Source: Carpediemonas membranifera BICM
Taxonomy: Eukaryota > Protista > Fornicata
Direction: 5' to 3'
Assembly (NCBI GenBank): GCA_019828565.1
Contig: JAHDYR010000038.1
Span: 574,735 to 638,734, forward strand
Length of the DNA: 64,000 nt
The position numbers were made by a program, and so were the translations under genes. Of this stretch, positions 1 through 11,658 are shown piece by piece. Every line of letters begins with the position of its first letter. The first letter of the stretch is position 1. The notes below the pieces were generated by a model. It had not been told where the DNA came from, searched no databases, and saw only the letters and a list, made by a program, of their open reading frames with translations.

Positions 1-651
1 CCCGACTTTCAAAAAGAGAACAGAAATGTTCTCCGCGTCATTCTGTCTCCTGGCGAGCAGATGATCGCGATCAAAGACTCGATGCTCTCCTACATCGGCT
101 CTCTCAAGTTCAAACACAAGGGGAAGACCATGAAGAAGGTCCTGGCCATGGCACTCACTCCTGATGCCCATGTTCCCCTGATGACTGTCACCAACTACTC
201 TGAGACCGAGCACGCAGCCATATTCTTCTCCCGCGGCCGTCACGTAATTCCCATGACTCTGAACGGGTCGATAATCGTCAACTCGAACTCTCTACTCTGC
301 TTTGACCCCGTTATTGACTACGAGATCAAGATGATGAAGAGCGTCAAAACAATCGTTCGTTCCGGTCTCTTCCAGCTCTTCCTTAACGGACAAGGGAGGG
401 TCGCACTTGTCGCCCCAACCATCCCCATCACCATGCGAGTCAAGCCCGACAGACCTGTCAGAGTTGACGTCAACTGCGCAGTCGCTTGGTCGGCATCACT
501 CGATTTCACTTTCAAGTTTAACTTTACGAAAAAGGACTTCATCGGTCTGGGGTCTGGAGAGCAGATCCAGCTCGAGTTCTCAGGCGATGGCTTCGTGATG
601 GTCGCAGCTACAGCCAAAGCACCCGTACTCGGCGGCTCCACGCGTGGCTAA
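1..651 (+). CDS. AIM24-family (TIGR00266-like) protein, 5'-truncated by the window edge
   Basis: Frame is open from base 1. Contains GLFQLFLNGQGRVAL, VDVNCAVAWS and GSGEQIQLEFSGDGFVMV, typical of AIM24 C-terminal motifs. AGTAAA follows the stop. Confidence 0.7.
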   Translation, partial: PDFQKENRNVLRVILSPGEQMIAIKDSMLSYIGSLKFKHKGKTMKKVLAMALTPDAHVPLMTVTNYSETEHAAIFFSRGRHVIPMTLNGSIIVNSNSLLCFDPVIDYEIKMMKSVKTIVRSGLFQLFLNGQGRVALVAPTIPITMRVKPDRPVRVDVNCAVAWSASLDFTFKFNFTKKDFIGLGSGEQIQLEFSGDGFVMVAATAKAPVLGGSTRG

Positions 652-774
652 ACGTAGTAAACTAACCCATTAAACACTTATAGTATGGAAGTAGATCACA
701 GCAATCTCGATGTTGGCCCTTCCGTGCTGGGTCCACGTGTCGCCAGCCTATTTGCGACATACAGAAAGATAAGT

Positions 775-2276
775 TTATGATTGAGGGGTTGGGTCGATGT
801 CGACCGGGATGATGTATGTCCACCTTTTGGGAGCCTTGCACTTGACAAGCTCAGCCACCCCATCTGACTCATCCACCCATTCGAACCACTGGCCGGTGGG
901 GCCGCAGAAGCGGAGGGGGAATTTGCTGAACGCTGTCGCCTCAATAGGAACCATGGTAAGATTGTCATCGTCGTTGCAGCAGTGGGTTAGACCCTCAGTG
1001 ACCCAGACCATCCGATTGAAGGCACAGAAGAACCCCTTGACCCTCTCTGGGAGCCGGAGCGGGGTGGGTGTGAGGCAGAGGTCGTCCTCACGGCATCGAG
1101 GCAGCAGGCCCGACTGGGCGATATGAGGGAGAACTCCACCAGCGAATAGCAGTTGGCGGCCACTGAGGAAGACGTTGAATTCATATTCAGAGGTCATGAT
1201 CCGGTCGACCCTGAAGGGCAGGTCGACGAAGCCAGAGGTCTCATCCTCGTGCCCGAGTCCCAGCTGGCCTGTTGCCCCCGCTGATCACATGACGATCGCC
1301 CATGGAGAGGATTACAGTCCAGATATCATGCATGATGTGATCTGGGACAAAGCTAGTGGGCACAGCGACTGGATGGAAGAAGTATCTACTCTCCTCCTCG
1401 ACTGGGCCGACATACCATTCTGGATGTCCACCAGCCATGACAGTGCCGACCGAAGAGAGGAGAACGTCCGATCTCTCTTCATCGACACACCAGACACCAT
1501 ACTGTGCTTCTCCCAGGTGGGCAGGCTGGCCTCGAGCGCGGCGACCTTGGGGCAGGCGGGGAAGGTGAGGCGGGTCGGGTCGTTGAACCTAAATGACTGG
1601 AACCCAAGCTGGCTACGTCCGTTAGTGCCCCAGCCCCACAGGCCCTTGGGTGTCCTGGTGATGTGGCTGAACCCGTCGTTGTAGACATCGAGGGCCCTGG
1701 GCATCCTGGCCCTGGTGAGGGCGGTGTGCTTGGCAGTGTCGAGCATGAATAGGCGGCCCATGTACATGCGGTGGTGGTAACATCTGTCGTGCCCAGGGCT
1801 CTGATAGCTCTCGCCGTCCTTCTCGGCGACGTTCAGCGTGAAGAAGAACTTGCGGCAGAGGAACCAGAGGCACTTGGCCTCGGGGGTGAGAGTCTTGCGG
1901 ATCTTGTCGTGCATCTCGGTATTGTATGGAAACCTCTTTTGAGCCTCCTCCAGCACCCCTGTCCTCGAGGTCGGGGTTGGCCCCGCCACCCACCAGACAC
2001 GCCCACACCACGCCCTGGTTCAGCGTGTGCAGGGCAACCGGGAGCTCCTCGCCATCCGCGAGCTCGACGTTCATGGACAGTGGGGGGGCCGCTGGTGAGG
2101 ATCGAGCGGGCGCGGTCGAGGAGGGCTTGCGCGGATGGTTTGAGAGGGGGCAGCTTGGAGAGCGTGGCGATGAGGGATTCGAGAGAAGCGACGCTCGTTG
2201 GTGTAGAAGTGCTCTTGTTGTTGTGGATCGAGGGCATCTGCCCGTCGAAGTGCCTGACGTAGGCGCACTGGATCAA
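775..2276 (-). pseudogene. Frameshifted member of a lineage-expanded RCC1/BLIP-II-like repeat family (true pseudogene or assembly-error-broken gene)
   Basis: Consecutive minus-strand ORF pieces (1833-2276, 1622-2074, 1312-1989, 1241-1438, 775-1197) join into one protein. It has the RCC1-like GLWGWGTNGRSQLG and the motifs ELADGEELP and WFLCRKFFF, shared with the ORF at 63478. Its C-terminus is shared with 34425-34667. Confidence 0.6.
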
Positions 2277-3125
2277 GGATGGGATGTCCCCGGAGATGGA
2301 GGCCGTTACAACGAGCGAGGCGCGGAATGCGGTGATCAGCGCATCTCAGATGGCAGATGGCGAGGAACTAGCGCTGCTCATTGGTTTCAGCGCTCAGTTG
2401 CCCAAATTCTGACTGCCGTCTCGCCGACCGCCAACGCCACCCACCGCGAGCCGCGAGGCACGACCCCAGCGGCCACAGATCCAGTCAAGTCTGCAGTCAG
2501 AGTCGGCGTGAGTCACATTCGCATCAGCAATGCCAGATCTGTCTCCCCAACCAGCCAAGGCCTCGAGTTGAGTCCAACGCCCGACTCCATTCAAATTTTC
2601 ACAGCCTACAGCCTCTGCTCGAGTGCGCTGACAACATCGCAGACGCGGATATCGTTAGTGTCTCCCGCAAACGCCACAAATCTCGCAGAAGACAGGCCCA
2701 GCGAACCAAGGATCTCGCCCGACAGAAATCTGTGCTTCAGTATTGCGGCGTACACTCATCACGCGCACCTGACACGAGACGACCGTGGTTGACCGCTTAT
2801 TGACTGTGACTTGTGGATGAGTCTTTGACAAGGAGAGAGCGGTACTGGAGCTTTCCTCGAAGGATTGCGGTAATCCGAAGCAGACAGTCATTTTGTTATA
2901 GTATAGCGTACCTAGATATAATCTTGTTAAACACACACAGTTGAGGAGAATGTCTCTTGCGGGAGGCAGTGTATCGATGTGACAGGTCGACGTCTGAGTC
3001 TCATTCTCGCGCCGCCTCTTGCAGGCCGTTAAGCCGGTTAGATTCAGGTTGATCTTGTATATGGCCAGGTATGTAACATGTAACTCGTAAATCAATGGCA
3101 GATCGTCTGAGAACAAGTGTTGCCA

Positions 3126-4958
3126 ATGTCCGAGCAGCTTGATCCGTCCAAGTACCGCGAAAACCGCATCAACCAGGTCAAGAGCATGATGGCTGAGAAT
3201 GTGGAGGCCTATCCCCACAAGTACCCCCCCTCAGGTTGAAGGCGAAACCAGAGATCTCACTCCCGTCCCCGAGATCAACTTCCTTTGCGGCGATGTTGCT
3301 GCTGAGGGTGCTGAGGAGTGCTCTGTTCTTGAGAATGGCCACATCGTCATCCCCAACGGCCAGATCTTCGAGGCCAAGACCTTCTGGGTTGCCGGCCGCG
3401 TGGTCAACAAGCGTTCTTCTGGCAAGGCCATCTACTTCTACGATCTTCAGGGCGACTTCTACGGCGGCAAGGATGCCACACCCGGCGTTCCCCTGACGTC
3501 TCTCCTCCCCAACCCTGACGGCGAGGGTGTCATCGACATCTCCCGCATCCAGATCTTCGCGTGGAAGAACTACTGGGAGAACAAGACCCCCGGCGCGTTC
3601 AAGGCGTTCCACGACTCCGTCCGCCGCGGTGATATCGTCGGCATGCGTGGCCACGCCGGCCGCACCAAGAACGGCCAGCTCTCCGTGTACGTCAAGGAGA
3701 TGACCATCCTCGCCCCCTGCCTCCAGATGATGCCCCAGAACGTTGTCGGCAAGGAGATGTTTACGGACAAGGAGACTCGCTACCGCATGCGCTACCTCGA
3801 CCTCATGGTCAACTCCAAGGTCCGCGACACCATGCGCGCCCGCAGCCGCATCGTCTCTGCCCTCCGCACGTTCCTTGATGAGCGCGGCTTCCTTGAGGTC
3901 GAGACCCCGATGATGAACGCCATCCCCGGTGGTGCCACCGCGAGACCATTCGTCACCCACCACAACCACCACGACATCGACCTCTTCATGCGTATCGCCC
4001 CCGAGCTTTACCTTAAGATGCTCGTTGTCGGCGGCATGGAGAAGGTCTACGAGATGGGCCGCCAGTTCCGTAACGAGTCCGCCGACTTGACCCACAACCC
4101 CGAGTTCACCACTCTGGAGTTCTACTGGGCCTACGCGGACTACAACGACCTCATCACCCTCACCGAGGAGCTCCTTGAGAGCATGGCGCTGATGATCCAT
4201 GGTAAGACCGAGTTCGTCTACCACCCCGCGGATGGGCCGTACGCCAAGACCGGCAAGACCATCTCCTTCAAGCGCCCGTTCAAGCGCGTCTCGTTCATGG
4301 ACGGCATCCAGGAGGGTGTCTTCGCTGAGGTCGACGCGCTCATCGCCGAGCAGGGTCTCACCGACGAGGCCGAGATCGCGGCCCTTCGCGAGGCTAACAC
4401 CCTTCCCTCCCTCGCTTTTGCCAACTCTGATGCCGAGGAGGCCGGCCGCCTCCGCCTTGTGGAGATCTGCAAGGCCCGCCACATCCCCTGCGAGGAGCCC
4501 CACACGATCCCCCGCCTCCTGGACAAGATGGCCGAGAAGTACATCGAGAACAACGCCTGGGACCCCGTCTTCCTCTGCGACCACCCCGAGATCATGTCGC
4601 CCCCTGGCCAAGTACCACCGCGCCAAGCCGGGCCAGACGGAGCGCTTCGAGCTGCTCGTCTGCCAGCACGAGCTTCTCAATGCATACACGGAGCTCAACA
4701 ACCCCGTTGTCCAGCGTACCAGGTTCGAGGAGCAGGCCGCGCAGAAGGCGGCAGGCGACGACGAGGCGATGTACGCCGACCAGACGTTCCTCAACTCCCT
4801 GGAGTATGCCCTGCCTCCCACTGCCGGCTGGGGCATCGGTGTGGACCGCCTTGTGATGTTCCTGATGGATCAGTGCTCGATCAGAGGTCCTGCTCTTCCC
4901 GCTCATGAAGCCGGAGATTGCCCGCCGCGAGGAGGAGAACGTCAACCAGGAGGAGTAA
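3126..4958 (+). CDS. KARS1: Lysyl-tRNA synthetase (class II, cytosolic type), with three apparent frameshifts
   Basis: ATG 3126 gives [20 protein letters not shown], then [62 protein letters not shown] and VLLFPLMKP. Frame changes occur at C-runs 3224-3230 and 4600-4604 and near 4885. Stop TAA is at 4956-4958. Confidence 0.95.
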
Positions 4959-5200
4959 ACATCATTCGGTTAGCTGGTTGTTAATATATCACGGAGTGAG
5001 GGTGATTACGTCGTTATGCGCGAGAATTTGTTGGCATTTCACGTATTTAGTCCATCTCCATCACGCAGCCATTTTCGTCTATAAACGTGCCTTGGCATTG
5101 GCCAGCAGATGGGGGTTGGTGGGACCTGCGACGGCCCTGCCGGGCTGAAAGTTGGCCCAGTCTGGTGCACTTTAGCACAGTACGAACGACTTCGCTCAAT

Positions 5201-5953
5201 ATGAACGCTGGCGACATACTAGAACCAAAGATTCAGAGCCTTGAAGGATTTGGACCAATATACACCTTCGACACTATCGATTCGACGCAGATCTTCACTC
5301 GTCAGTACGCTGCCGAGCTGCCGTGCCCGTGCGCGGTGACCGCGCGCCAACAGACCAGAGGGCATGGAAGGAAGAACCGTGCTTGGCGTTCGCCATTGGG
5401 ATGTCTTTGTTTCAGCCAGCTGGCCAGAGTAACGCCCCAGGTGAAGGACGTTCTCTTCTGCCTCTCGCCCATGATCTGCGTCTCCATCGTGAAGTACCTG
5501 CGTACACTCCCCAACAGCGGCGATATCTCAGTGAAATGGCCGAACGACATCTACGTCAACCGGCAGAAGCTCTGCGGCCTCCTCGCGGACGCCATCTCCT
5601 GCGGCAACGAGCTCATGGTCGTCGTTGGCGTCGGCATCAACGTGTCCAATCGCGACGACCCGCCCGGGTCTGCGTGCCTGGAGTCGGTCCTGGGCACGAA
5701 GATCAACATGGCCGAGCTCCTGGCCACCCTCGTCAAGCTTATCGATGACCTCCTCCGTGCCCCGATGAGCGTCGAGGACCTTGTCGCGCAGAATTCCGAC
5801 CTGATGTGCGAGTCTTTCTTTACTCTGCCCAACGACGAGACGATGTACCGCGTCGTGAAGCTCACACGGGACGGCGGGGTCGTTACACAGGTCGGTCACG
5901 TCGGTAGAGATAAGCTGCACGACGCAGAGTGGCATTTTGACGATGAGGCGTAG
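5201..5953 (+). CDS. birA: Biotin-protein ligase (BirA/BPL catalytic domain)
   Basis: TIDSTQ, QTRGHGRKNRAWRSP, KWPNDIY, KLCGLL and GVGINV motifs. Confidence 0.9.
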   Translation: MNAGDILEPKIQSLEGFGPIYTFDTIDSTQIFTRQYAAELPCPCAVTARQQTRGHGRKNRAWRSPLGCLCFSQLARVTPQVKDVLFCLSPMICVSIVKYLRTLPNSGDISVKWPNDIYVNRQKLCGLLADAISCGNELMVVVGVGINVSNRDDPPGSACLESVLGTKINMAELLATLVKLIDDLLRAPMSVEDLVAQNSDLMCESFFTLPNDETMYRVVKLTRDGGVVTQVGHVGRDKLHDAEWHFDDEA

Positions 5954-6291
5954 TGAGTAGGTCCAAAATTCGGTAAAATTCTTTCTGTTCCTTTCTTATG
6001 TTTGCAGTTGCCTTGCGATGTCTCCCCTGGCTACACGCCATACACACTCACTGCCTATGTTGCTCACTCGGCCTATGTGTGGAGGTCGACTGGCTTGGTT
6101 GAGCTCTGCGTGTCTGACTGAGTTCGCGGTTCTCGATCAGATGCCGGAGTGGTAGTTTTGCGAGCGATATGGGAGCGGGGCATGCGTGGAGGGTAGACCC
6201 GGGCAAGGCCCAAATCAAAGGCAGAATTTGAGTGATTTTTTGCCAACGGATCGGGAATACCGCTTGCGCAGGATCTTTCAGACTTAAAACA

Positions 6292-6861
6292 ATGGCATAC
6301 GAGATGAAAGCGGCTATGCAACGAAACAAGGCTCTTAGAGAGCAAACCGCCAAGCTGGAGTTCGAGACACAGCAAATGGCAGCTTCACTCATGATCCTGA
6401 AGCAGCAGATGCGCGTAACAAAGAGCAAACGCCCCAATAGTGGCACTTTCTGGAAATCCGACCGTCCAGGAGGCTCAGTGACTGCTCCCAAAGCCCCCAA
6501 GGCGCAGACGTTCCGAAGCATGTCGCCAGCTCCCCAGCCAAACACACTACCGCGACCAGCAGCAACGAAACCTCGTAGTCCACCGCATATGGTACCCACA
6601 GCCACCCGGCAGCCGCCCCGTCAGCCTCCACCAGCCATGGTCAGCACCGGTGTCGACGCCGGAGTCGGGGATGACGAGAGGCTCCCGCTAAGCCCTGCCG
6701 GCCCTCCAGTGACTATGGCTGTGGGGCCAGATGAGCCTACGATGGCTGTTACGGAGATGGGTGTCGGCGAGCGGGAGACCAAGGGTCTGGCTCGTCCGGC
6801 AGCGTCATATTTCGACCAGCTCATGAGCGCAGCAATCTTGAAGAAGCTCAAGGAGGAATGA
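6292..6861 (+). CDS. Hypothetical protein (N-terminal coiled coil, Pro-rich)
   Basis: ATG in acaATGG context; the 189-aa ORF fills the gap between neighbouring genes. Confidence 0.6.
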   Translation: MAYEMKAAMQRNKALREQTAKLEFETQQMAASLMILKQQMRVTKSKRPNSGTFWKSDRPGGSVTAPKAPKAQTFRSMSPAPQPNTLPRPAATKPRSPPHMVPTATRQPPRQPPPAMVSTGVDAGVGDDERLPLSPAGPPVTMAVGPDEPTMAVTEMGVGERETKGLARPAASYFDQLMSAAILKKLKEE

Positions 6862-7062
6862 GAGACCTGTTTGAGCGTTGTATCACTAAATACCCACGCA
6901 TTCATCCATGCCAGTTGACGAGGGAGTTGGTGGGAGTTGCCATAATCGACGCCGCACAGGGGATACCTCGCCGATCAGTGTCTCTACAGGACAATGAAGG
7001 CGGCATTCGCCCCGTCACAGACAGGCCGCAGGTTATGTCCCAACTCGCGTCCGAAACCGAGC

Positions 7063-8277
7063 ATGGACGTTGTCGACAAGAGTGACATTGATTACTCGAT
7101 TTTCAACGCAAACCTTGAAGTTCTGGCTGTGATCGTCGACAAAAAGGACACCGCCAAGGCCAAGAAGGCTCTCCTCAGCAATATTACGCTCAAACTCATA
7201 CACAGAGTGAACGTGCCACCAATTAGACCAGATAAAGAGGATACCACTAAGAATCAGATCCTGCTGTCGAAGGAGAGCACCGAGGAAGCCATCAACGCCG
7301 CGATGGAACCCACAGGCCTCACCTTCACCGTCTCCAAGTGCACAGTGGCGCTGGACTACTCAAAGCACGACTACAAGCAAGCCCTTAAGAAGCTTCTCCC
7401 CGCCGGGCTCGAGCTCCCCCTATCGTTCGAGACTGTTGGCCATCTCGCCCACGTGAACCTCCTGGATGCCCACGGGCCGCACCGCTTCAACATAGCCAAG
7501 GTGTTTCTCGACAAGCACCCTAAGATCACAACAGTGGTGAACAAGACATCGGAGATCAGCAACGAGTTCCGGGTTTTCCCCATGGAAGTCATCGGAGGTC
7601 GGCCCGACTTCGAGGTCGCAGTCAAGGAGGGCGGGTGCACGTTCCAGCTGGACTTCAGCAAGGTCTACTGGAACTCCCGACTGGGGACCGAGCACCAGCG
7701 GCTGGCTGGGGAGATCACGGCCAGGTCGCCCGGCAAGGCGGTCGTAGCCGACCTGTTCTGTGGAGTCGGCCCATTCGTGGTCCCGCTGCTCAAGGCTGGG
7801 CACGAGGTCTACGGCAACGATCTCAACCCGGACAGTGTCAGATACATGGAGATCAACGCCAAGAAGAATGCCCCGGAGGCCGTGCGCCGGCTCCACCCCC
7901 ACCTGGGTGACGCCAGGGCTTATATGAAGGAGCTGATCGCCCAGAGAGTCCCAGTGACCGACGTCATCATGAACTTGCCTGCAATGTCGCACAAGTTCGT
8001 GGACGTCCATGTCGGGGCATACCAGAGGGGCGACCCCCTGCCTGTCATCCATGCTTACGTCTTCGCCAACATTGAGGCCGATGACCCACACACTGACGAG
8101 AATTTCCAGAGAGTGGCCATCGATCTTGTCAAGGCAGAGTTGGTCGGGTCAGCTTCGACTGAATCTGTAGATATGGCTGCCCGAGTCATCAGAGATGTTG
8201 CCCCCAACAAGAGGATGGTGCTCGTTGAGTTCATGGTGCCAGATCATGTGGGATACTCCACCAAGAGGGCCGAGTGA
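7063..8277 (+). CDS. TRM5: tRNA (guanine-37-N1)-methyltransferase Trm5
   Basis: SFETVGHLAHVNL, DFSKVYWNSRLGTEHQRL, DLFCGVGPF, NDLNP, IMNLP and RDVAPNKRM motifs. Confidence 0.93.
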   Translation: MDVVDKSDIDYSIFNANLEVLAVIVDKKDTAKAKKALLSNITLKLIHRVNVPPIRPDKEDTTKNQILLSKESTEEAINAAMEPTGLTFTVSKCTVALDYSKHDYKQALKKLLPAGLELPLSFETVGHLAHVNLLDAHGPHRFNIAKVFLDKHPKITTVVNKTSEISNEFRVFPMEVIGGRPDFEVAVKEGGCTFQLDFSKVYWNSRLGTEHQRLAGEITARSPGKAVVADLFCGVGPFVVPLLKAGHEVYGNDLNPDSVRYMEINAKKNAPEAVRRLHPHLGDARAYMKELIAQRVPVTDVIMNLPAMSHKFVDVHVGAYQRGDPLPVIHAYVFANIEADDPHTDENFQRVAIDLVKAELVGSASTESVDMAARVIRDVAPNKRMVLVEFMVPDHVGYSTKRAE

Positions 8278-8735
8278 TGTTAAGGGTATGAGGGAGTCTC
8301 GCGGTAAATGTTACACATGGTGTTAATCACGTAAATACGGAGCCGGCGAGGTATTGTGGAACTGTTGTGGCATGCGAATCTGCCGGTGTGGCTCGGGCAA
8401 CTTAAGACGAGGGCCCCAAACTAGAGACTGAGTAAATCTTCGTCTTTCGCGCCCAGCGAATACGGCGGCACCCTTATGCATTTAACGCTCGGGATGTGGG
8501 TAAACCAGGCCCTCATCACTGGCGTCACGGCCAGCTGCTCACTTGCACCACTCCCTGCCACACCGTGGCAGCTCGGTGCCTCCGGGATCCTACTCGCCAG
8601 TCATTCCGCTTTCTGGTGAGCTGGGGTAGACTTCCAGATTTCGAGATGGATCGATCGATGTCTGATTCCCATTAGCGATTCGATGCGTATCAAAAGTTTT
8701 GCCAGATCTGCGCAAGAACAGACAACAAGTTCATT

Positions 8736-9491
8736 ATGGCTCGCAAGGCTTTTGTTGGTGGCAACTGGAAGTGCAACGGCTCCATGGCTGATATCCAGCG
8801 TCTCACTGAGATGCTCAACGCCGGTGAGTACCACGACAACGTCGAGGTCGTCGTTGCCCCCACCATGCTCCACATCCTCCCCGTTATGCAGGCCCTCAAG
8901 GTTCCCGTCGGTGTCTCCGCCCAGAACTGCTACTTCGAGAAGTCCGGTGCCTTCACTGGCGAGCTCTCCACCGAGATCCTCGTCGACGCCGGCCTGAAGT
9001 ACGTCATCCTCGGCCACTCTGAGCGCCGCCACATCCTCAAGGAGACCGACGAGATGATTGCCAAGAAGACCAAGAAGGCTATCGACTCTGGCCTCACCGT
9101 CATCTTCTGCATTGGCGAGCTCAAGGAGGAGCGCGAGACCGGCAAGACCGAGGAGGTCTGCTTCCGCCAAATGGAGGCTGTCCGCGCCGTCCTGTCCGAG
9201 GAGGACTGGAAGAAGGTCGTTGTTGCCTACGAGCCCGTCTGGGCCATCGGCACCGGCCTCGTCGCCACCCCCGAGCAGGCCCAGGAGACCCACAAGGCCC
9301 TCCGCGCCTGGGCCGCCGAGAAGGTCAGCAAGACTGTTGCTGAGGAGCTCCGCATCATCTACGGTGGCTCCGTCAAGGGCGCCAACGCCGAGAGCCTCTG
9401 CACTGAGGACATCGATGGCTTCCTGGTTGGCGGTGCCTCCCTGCAGCCTGACTTCATGAACATCCTGAAGGTCACCCACGAGAAGAAGTAA
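8736..9491 (+). CDS. TPI1: Triosephosphate isomerase
   Basis: FVGGNWKCNG, ILGHSERR, AYEPVWAIGTG, YGGSV and DGFLVGGASL motifs; strong codon bias. Confidence 0.98.
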   Translation: MARKAFVGGNWKCNGSMADIQRLTEMLNAGEYHDNVEVVVAPTMLHILPVMQALKVPVGVSAQNCYFEKSGAFTGELSTEILVDAGLKYVILGHSERRHILKETDEMIAKKTKKAIDSGLTVIFCIGELKEERETGKTEEVCFRQMEAVRAVLSEEDWKKVVVAYEPVWAIGTGLVATPEQAQETHKALRAWAAEKVSKTVAEELRIIYGGSVKGANAESLCTEDIDGFLVGGASLQPDFMNILKVTHEKK

Positions 9492-9597
9492 ACACTTTAT
9501 TTTGCAAACAAGCGGTTGCCTTACTGATTGTGTTCTGCACTCACACTTCACCGATGGCATGTGAGCACTGAGTGTGTGGTGGTCCGCCAGAGTGCCA

Positions 9598-11019
9598 GGG
9601 CTTGGGGCAGAAGGCGCCATACACACGCATGCTTGCTATCATGCGCGAGTGCGGCTGCAGCGGCGACAGTTGCTACATTGTGACCGACTTGAACCGACTG
9701 CTGGAGAAATTTGTCGATTTTGCGTACGGAGAAGCATGCCCAAATGGACACATATTCTCCCGTTTGATAGCAGTAGGGCCGCTTTTTGTGTTGCTAAACA
9801 CCCTCATTATCCGCTTATCGCCATCGGAAAGACTGATCACTTCGTTCACCTTGTGCAGCTTGACCTGGATGCACCCGAGGAGCTCTCGATGTCGCCAGAG
9901 CGGAAACGCTCTCCGTGGATCGTGAAGTGGCATCCGACAGCCATCGACCGGCTTGTAGTTGCGGACCTCAGCGGCAAGATCACACTCTACACCATCCAGG
10001 GCCTTCCCTGGGCGGCCACGTGGGTGGAGGAGGTCAGCTGGCAGCTTACAGACCAGAACTACAAGTCTGCCAGCCCGACATCGCTGTTCTTCCATCCCGT
10101 TGACCCCAGCTACCTCTTCGTGTCGACCCACAGCGCAGTGTACCTCATCGACACCACTGTGGATCCCAGTCACGGGCTGACCGAGATCGAGGGGGCCGAC
10201 AGACTGTTCACGTCCACTACCACGGTGCGGACGTCAGGCTACCACCTCAAGCTCAGCATCGACGCGCTTGTCCCCTTCGTCACCGCCCGCAGCAGCGGGC
10301 TCGTCGCCGCCGTCCGCGGCCAAGACTGGGTTAGAGGGCATGAGCGCCACATGGCGCAGGACACATACATCATCCCCTACAAGTTCGCGGGCAAACCGAA
10401 GACGCGCTTCGACGCAGCCTCGTGCTTCATCAGCCGGACCGAGACGATCCACGAGAGCTCGCTGGTTGTTCACAACGGTCTGCTTGCAGTTCAGGGTCAT
10501 GCTGCTGAGAGCGCGGTCGAGCTGCCCCAGGCCTTCCCACCGCTGCCCGAACCAGGCAAGGTCCCCAAGACGATCGAGCAGATGGAAGAGGGCCTCTTCC
10601 GGAAACTCGAGGAGGCCGAGGCATACCCCGCGCTGCTGGTGGTCGACCTCGAGGCCGTACAGGGTATTGGGCCGCAAAAGCCAGCGATGCAGAAGATCGA
10701 GCTCGACTATCGCAAGCCCCACCCAACCTCACTGTGCTGGTGCGGCGACCGCTTGGTGATCGGGCCGACCCGGCTTGGGGTGAATGTCTCGTTCCGCGTC
10801 TTCGATGCCAGCAAAGGCACCCTGGTGGAGAAGCCGCCGATGAGCACCCCGCAGTCGGAGCTCGACGGCTCCCACATGTCGATGCTGTCCGATGGCTTCC
10901 ACAACAGCAACACCTTGGAGCCGGCGGGGGACGATCGGCTGATCTCGGCCACCCCCAACGGCATCGTGGCCATAGCCTTCGTTGACAGCAGCGAGTGAGT
11001 GTACATATAAATCGCAGCT
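9598..11019 (+). repeat. 1.42 kb direct duplication, copy 1 (partner 26453-27874)
   Basis: Identical at offset 16855 except two substitutions seen near 10056 and 10069. Confidence 0.95.
9629..10998 (+). CDS. WD40 protein, AMBRA1/DCAF-like N-terminus (copy 1); predicted intron 9724-9773
   Basis: Removing GTACG...TAGCAG (50 nt) joins MLAIMRECG..FVDFA in frame to RAAFCVAKHP. KRSPWIVKWHPT and SLFFHP resemble AMBRA1 RRTPWCVTFHPT and SLAFHP. Confidence 0.6.
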
Positions 11020-11227
11020 TTATGTGTCTTAGCTGACGTCAATATGGATGTGCATTGCGCAAATGTTACTCCAACGCGAGATTTAGTTTGCACCATTTTT
11101 GCCGGCAGGGCATTTCTCTCATTATGCAGGTTAGCGAGATAATATGCCAACTTGATCAAAGCAGTGGCAATCTGTCCTATGAGCGATTATTCATTCTTGT
11201 TGCTCTGTTTGTATGCTCTGCTACCAA

Positions 11228-11306
11228 AGATGATTATCCTGTGGTTCTGAACAATAGGTAATAACAAGATCTGTGTGGAATTTCTTACTTCTGACATCTC
11301 TTCTGA
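11228..11306 (+). ncRNA. Candidate box C/D snoRNA A
   Basis: C-like ATGATTA, then CCTGTGGTT-CTGA (antisense to LSU ACCACAGG) and TTCTGACATCTCTT-CTGA (antisense to LSU GAGRUGUCAGAA). Boundaries uncertain. Confidence 0.45.
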
Positions 11307-11400
11307 CGGATAGCATCATTCTCATTCTTATACAGCCTAGTGCTAAGCTCGAGATGCGCTACGCTCTTCTCATCAATCATTTTTATCAGTTTGTCGGTTC

Positions 11401-11463
11401 GCCTGTGATGAAGAAACCCTGTGGTTCTGACAAAATGTGAGGACACTCTTTCTTGTCTGAGGC
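11401..11463 (+). ncRNA. Box C/D snoRNA B
   Basis: GCC-T-GTGATGA(C box)..CCCTGTGGTT-CTGA(D')..GTGAGGA(C')..CTGA(D)-GGC, with a terminal GCC/GGC stem. The D' guide is antisense to LSU ACCACAGGG. Confidence 0.7.
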
Positions 11464-11500
11464 TACACTCTTCTCTTATCAAGACATCGTTTGTATACAC

Positions 11501-11568
11501 CGGGAGTGATTATACGCGAACAATCGCTGAACTGATCCGTGTAGATTTCGCCAGCTCACTATGACCCG
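11501..11568 (+). ncRNA. Box C/D snoRNA C (double guide; predicted targets equivalent to yeast Um2921 and Am2946)
   Basis: CGGG/CCCG terminal stem and GTGATTA C box. GCGAACAATCG-CTGA is antisense to the A-loop GAUUGUUC; CCAGCTCACT-ATGA is antisense to GUGAGCUGG. Confidence 0.7.
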
Positions 11569-11658
11569 CCATCACACATCTTCTTACTCAGAATTCGCTT
11601 TCACATCATCTGTAGGCTCCAATAAACATCCTAGTTAAAGTGCACTGACGAAGGCGAG

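Noticed and set aside
3178-4836. Long antisense ORFs (552 aa here; also 8601-9626, 14407-15264, 38981-39919)
   Set aside because: They shadow well-supported, GC3-biased + strand genes and have no motifs of their own.
8280-8730. GC-rich intergenic stretch as RNase P/MRP or SRP RNA
   Set aside because: Local hairpins exist, but I could not find paired CR-I/CR-V or SRP helix-8 motifs; an Infernal search is needed.
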